From contig KZ538551.1 of NCBI GenBank assembly GCA_000934665.2, positions 62,001 through 126,000 on the forward strand: DNA of 64,000 nucleotides, given 5' to 3'. This stretch comes from Catajapyx aquilonaris (lineage: Eukaryota). The translations under genes were made by a program, and so were the position numbers. This document shows, one piece after another, positions 60,001 through 64,000 of the stretch (its first letter is position 1; the number at the start of each line of letters is the position of its first letter). The notes beneath the pieces are model-generated. The model did no database searches. It was given only the letters and a program-made list of their open reading frames with translations, and was not told where the DNA came from.

Positions 60001-63000
60001 CCCACCCTGTTGCCACATCTTCACAGAAGATCAGGGAACAGGACCTGGAATTAAATTAGTTGACATGCATAAGTACATACTCAAAAGTACTTTAATAGTA
60101 CTGCCGGATGAAAATATTAAACAAGGTTGTAAAAAAAGAAATCACGAGAGCGTGATTCGAGTAGACTTTTACTCATTGGGTAGTGGGAAATGAGATTGAC
60201 AGACCCGATAATATACGACACGATGCTATCCTAATAGGACAACAATGCAATTGATAGTTGTCAGCCAAGGAATCCTATTTAAACGGTAATCTGCCTGTAA
60301 ATTGGAGTATAGAGTGAATCCGGAAAACCGGAAGTGGCCGGTCACCGGAAGTTGACCATGAAACCTATTTTGGTTACGCTGAATTCGAATCCGAAAACCG
60401 TTTGTTGCTATCTCCTGTGGTTTAGACCATGATACATGTCCACAAACGGACGGACAGAGCCGTTCTATAAGACTTTTTTTTCGACGACAAAAAGTCTAAA
60501 AACATGTTAAAAATTTAATCGAGCCGGCTTTTTTTTTGAACAATATCCTCTGTGTGTCCAGATCTGCTGGACACAAGATTATCGACTGGAAACGCCTCGA
60601 GAATTTTCTTCTTGTACTTTTTTTTTTAAAGTCCCGTTGACACCCTCTTGCTGCTTACTGATTCAAGATGGGCCAAGGGAGTTGGGTTGGGGAAAGATTT
60701 GGTTGGGAAGGAAGAATCCTCCCGAAGGCTTCCTGGGCCTCCAGGAGGAAACCCCCCCCCCCCCCCNCCGCAAAATGAAAAAGGAGATAAGGAGCCCAGG
60801 CAGGAGGGCCCCCGGATTTTGACCCCCGAGAGAGAATCCGGGAGAGGCCCCCACACCGGGGACTCTTCTCTATCTGGACTTCAAGCCCTGCATTTCAATC
60901 GCGCAAAGTTTTCCTCCAGTCCTAACTCTGGCAACCCCGCTACCCACCTGATCATATCCGAACAGTACTGAATGATTAAGAGGAAGTAATTACCACCATT
61001 GCAAACTGCACATTCCTAAGCAGTTTGTTTAATTTAAAAAATTGCACATATTTCTCTCTCCAACAGCGTAATAATAAGCAGCTTAGCCTATTTCTCTCTG
61101 TGAGTAACTGCTTAATAATTTCTTTGCGAAATGATTACAATATTAATGAGTAATTTTTATTTTATTTTATTCTTTTAATAAATTAATACTTAATATAACA
61201 GTAAATATTTCATAAATTTCATTAATAACTTATTAGGCGAATCACAATTGCCAAAACTTCCCGAGGCCCCCGACTGTCCACGTAGTACCATGTACCTCAC
61301 ATAGATGGCGCATCCTCCTACACACTGGACATACAGAGTCACCAATCCTATATAGCAGCCAATTCTATGCACTTTGCCATATTTTTCACTTTGCGAGTAA
61401 CCGCTTAATACTAACAGCTTTTTGCTATTATTATCTGCAAGTAACAGCTTAATAATATTTTTTTCCACACTTTCTGCGTATTGTTTGGAATATTTTGGTT
61501 GGGACCCTGCAGATGCTTCTATAAGGACAAGTTCGAGCATGATTCAAGGCCGGTTGGCTGTTTGACTTCTTCGATCATGCAACATGGCCCCCAATGGACC
61601 ATCCTCTCTCTTCCTACCGCCATCTGGAACCCTCACCTCCCAACAAAAGAGGCATCTTCCTGGGTCCGAATTGGGAGCAGTTGGTCCTGGGCAGGAGGAG
61701 GAAGGAAGGGATGGACCCCCAAGATTACCGTTGGGCTTCTTGCTTACACCTGGCTCCCCCCCCCCTCCCTCCCTTCATCTCTTCCCCCCCTTATAGTCTA
61801 CTCTTCTACCTGGGCCAACAATCCCCACCCCCATAGAACGGGTGTTTAGGCCCGGAGAAGGGCGTCTTTGGAACGTGCCAACAGTTGAAGGGGCACGCGA
61901 CCCCGAACCCCTCCCCAAAATCTTATTCAAAAGGTTAGGACCAGGTGGGCCAGGTTCTTTCGCCCATTATGCAATCTCTTTTCCTAACCGTTCCGTTCCT
62001 TAGAAGCTGAGCACAAAGCAGGAAGAAGAGAAGGAGGAAAAAAATCCCCAGGTTGCAGCGCACGGCTCATATGATCTCTTGGTAGCAGCCTCCACCTTGA
62101 AAAACCATCACAATGAGAGTTCATTTCTTGGCCCTTTGTTGCTTTCCTTAGGGGGGGCAGCGGCACATGGGCACAACCTCCCCAATACTGGGGCACATGC
62201 CTGCTGTGTCCTCGGGGACAAAGATGAGGAAGGAAGTGTGCCCAGGATGCACCTTTTTGAACCGGTTTTGAACCCAACTGATCCGCGTTTTGAAAGAAAG
62301 AGAAAGAAAAAACAACTTCATCAGTACATTTTATTCGCCAATCATGGCTTCTAATCAGGTGTGAAACTTGACACATTCCTGCAGCCTTCGCGCTTATTTC
62401 ACACCGGCGGACTAATAAATCCGGGTGCCTCCAAGCCATTGTCAGAAGGCCAGCTATCTGCCATTCAGATAACTGCGGGTTTTTAGCACGCGAAAAATAG
62501 TGGCCGAGGCTTAATCACCAAGTTTCATTTGTGCGTGCAAGGCTATATCATTCGGCCCCCAGTACTTTTTTTGGGAGGGTGCGGAGCTGGAGCTAAGAGA
62601 AGTGGAAAATCGAGAGCAAACCCAATTCCATTCAAACGGTTCAATTATCCTCATCCCCATAACTCTTCGGCTGGGGATTTGCTAGGTGTCGTGCCAAACG
62701 CGCGAGTAAATTATTCGCCAACCCCCCCTCCACCCTTCCACCCACCCTCCCTCCCCATTGCTGCAATACTATAGTGCTGCTGCAGACAACTGTGCAGTTT
62801 CGTATCCGGTAATGGATGGGCTTTATTGCTCTGTCCACCAATATGCCACCGTATCATTTGCATTCGGTTTTTGATGCATGAATTGCGCCCCACACCTATA
62901 TACAGTCACGCCCCCTTGTAAACTCGTTACTGCCGCACTACAATCCCTATAGTCTGGTCATGGACGTAACTTATTCATCGGGGCAACTTATCCATGGTGT

Positions 63001-64000
63001 ATAACTTACATTGGAGCAACTTAACACGGAGCTTCTTATCAAGCTGTGTAACTATTACCAGAAGGTAACTTACACCACATAATCGCAGATTTTCTTTAAT
63101 TTTTGATGCGATTACAGTACATACTATTGACGGAAGAGGTGTCCGCAGAAATTCGATCCGCCTTGTGCATCCTTCGGGACTTTTGCTAACCGTGCCGCGC
63201 TGCTTCTTCGCGAATCCGCGAGAAGAAGAAAAGAGAGACAAAAAAAATCGTCGGATCAAGGCCGAAGTCGACATGGCAAATGGCAATCGAGGCCGGCATT
63301 CCAATTAGTCTTGGAAAGAGAGAGAGAAAAAAGGACTTGATGTCTATACACCACACCCAAGTCACATCCCCTTAAGTCTCCTGGAGACACACACACACAA
63401 AAAAAAAAAACCAGACAGCAGATCACTTCAGACTCTAACTGACTCCACTCTCTGGACCCTCTTTTCAAGCACATCTCGTGTCGCATCATGTCTGCTCCTA
63501 CGCAAATCCCTGACTCCCATTTTGCAATTTTCAATCCTCTTTTTGATCTGGGCTCAGACTTGTGCCCGTTTTAGAACCGCCCACACTCGCGAATTTCAGT
63601 GAAATTGCGAATCTAAAATTAGCTACAGTTATTCAAAGAAACGAGACTGTTCGTTATTTTTAGCAACATGACCGCTTTATGAATTACGTCGTATTTTGCA
63701 AGCTATATGTGAAAAATTGCATTTGTGAAAAATGAGGCTCATCAATGTGATGAACCTCCTGTGAATTCACATTATTATTTTATTCGTGTAGTATTTACTT
63801 GATTGTTATTTTATTCGTGTATTTACTTGATTGTTATTTTATTGTTTAGTATTTATTGCTTATTTATTATTTTGTTGTTTATTACTTATTTATTTGTTCA
63901 TTGTTTTATTGCTTATTGCTTATTTTATTATTTGCTATTATTTTATTTTGTATTTTATTTATTCGGTATTTTATTTTTGTGTTGATATTCGTTCATTTTA

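Noticed and set aside
20000..64000. Additional conserved miRNAs clustered with miR-219
   Set aside because: A by-eye check for common bilaterian/arthropod mature sequences found none. The scan was not exhaustive; a miRBase/Rfam (Infernal) search would settle it.

Overview
Animal (invertebrate-like) nuclear DNA with GT-AG introns. The first 20 kb is gene-dense. It holds an RNF26-like RING E3 ligase (-), NELF-B (-), canonical TFIIB (+, 6 exons, 315 aa), URM1 (+, 5 exons, 102 aa) and an HDHD3-type HAD hydrolase lying on the same strand inside URM1 intron 2. Canonical TFIIB is flanked by two intact-looking paralogues that both lack the Pol II-recruiting zinc ribbon/B-reader. The upstream one (~488 aa) is very divergent, has SUMO-interacting-motif-like segments and an optional NLS, and sits head-to-head with NELF-B. 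The downstream one (207 aa) is core-only, arose by tandem duplication of a TFIIB-URM1 segment and lies behind a copied URM1 promoter. The HDHD3 exon can be spliced in frame to URM1 exon 1 and is bracketed by a perfect 16-bp inverted repeat next to both of its splice sites, suggesting an RNA-structure switch between two unrelated proteins. The remaining 44 kb has no credible protein-coding gene. It contains pre-miR-219 (-), convergent with URM1 as I recall for human URM1/MIR219A2, preceded by an array of about 45 ACUAAC motifs, plus MITE-, Helitron-, SINE- and satellite-like repeats and three assembly gaps. All gene models were spliced by eye; no database searches were run.
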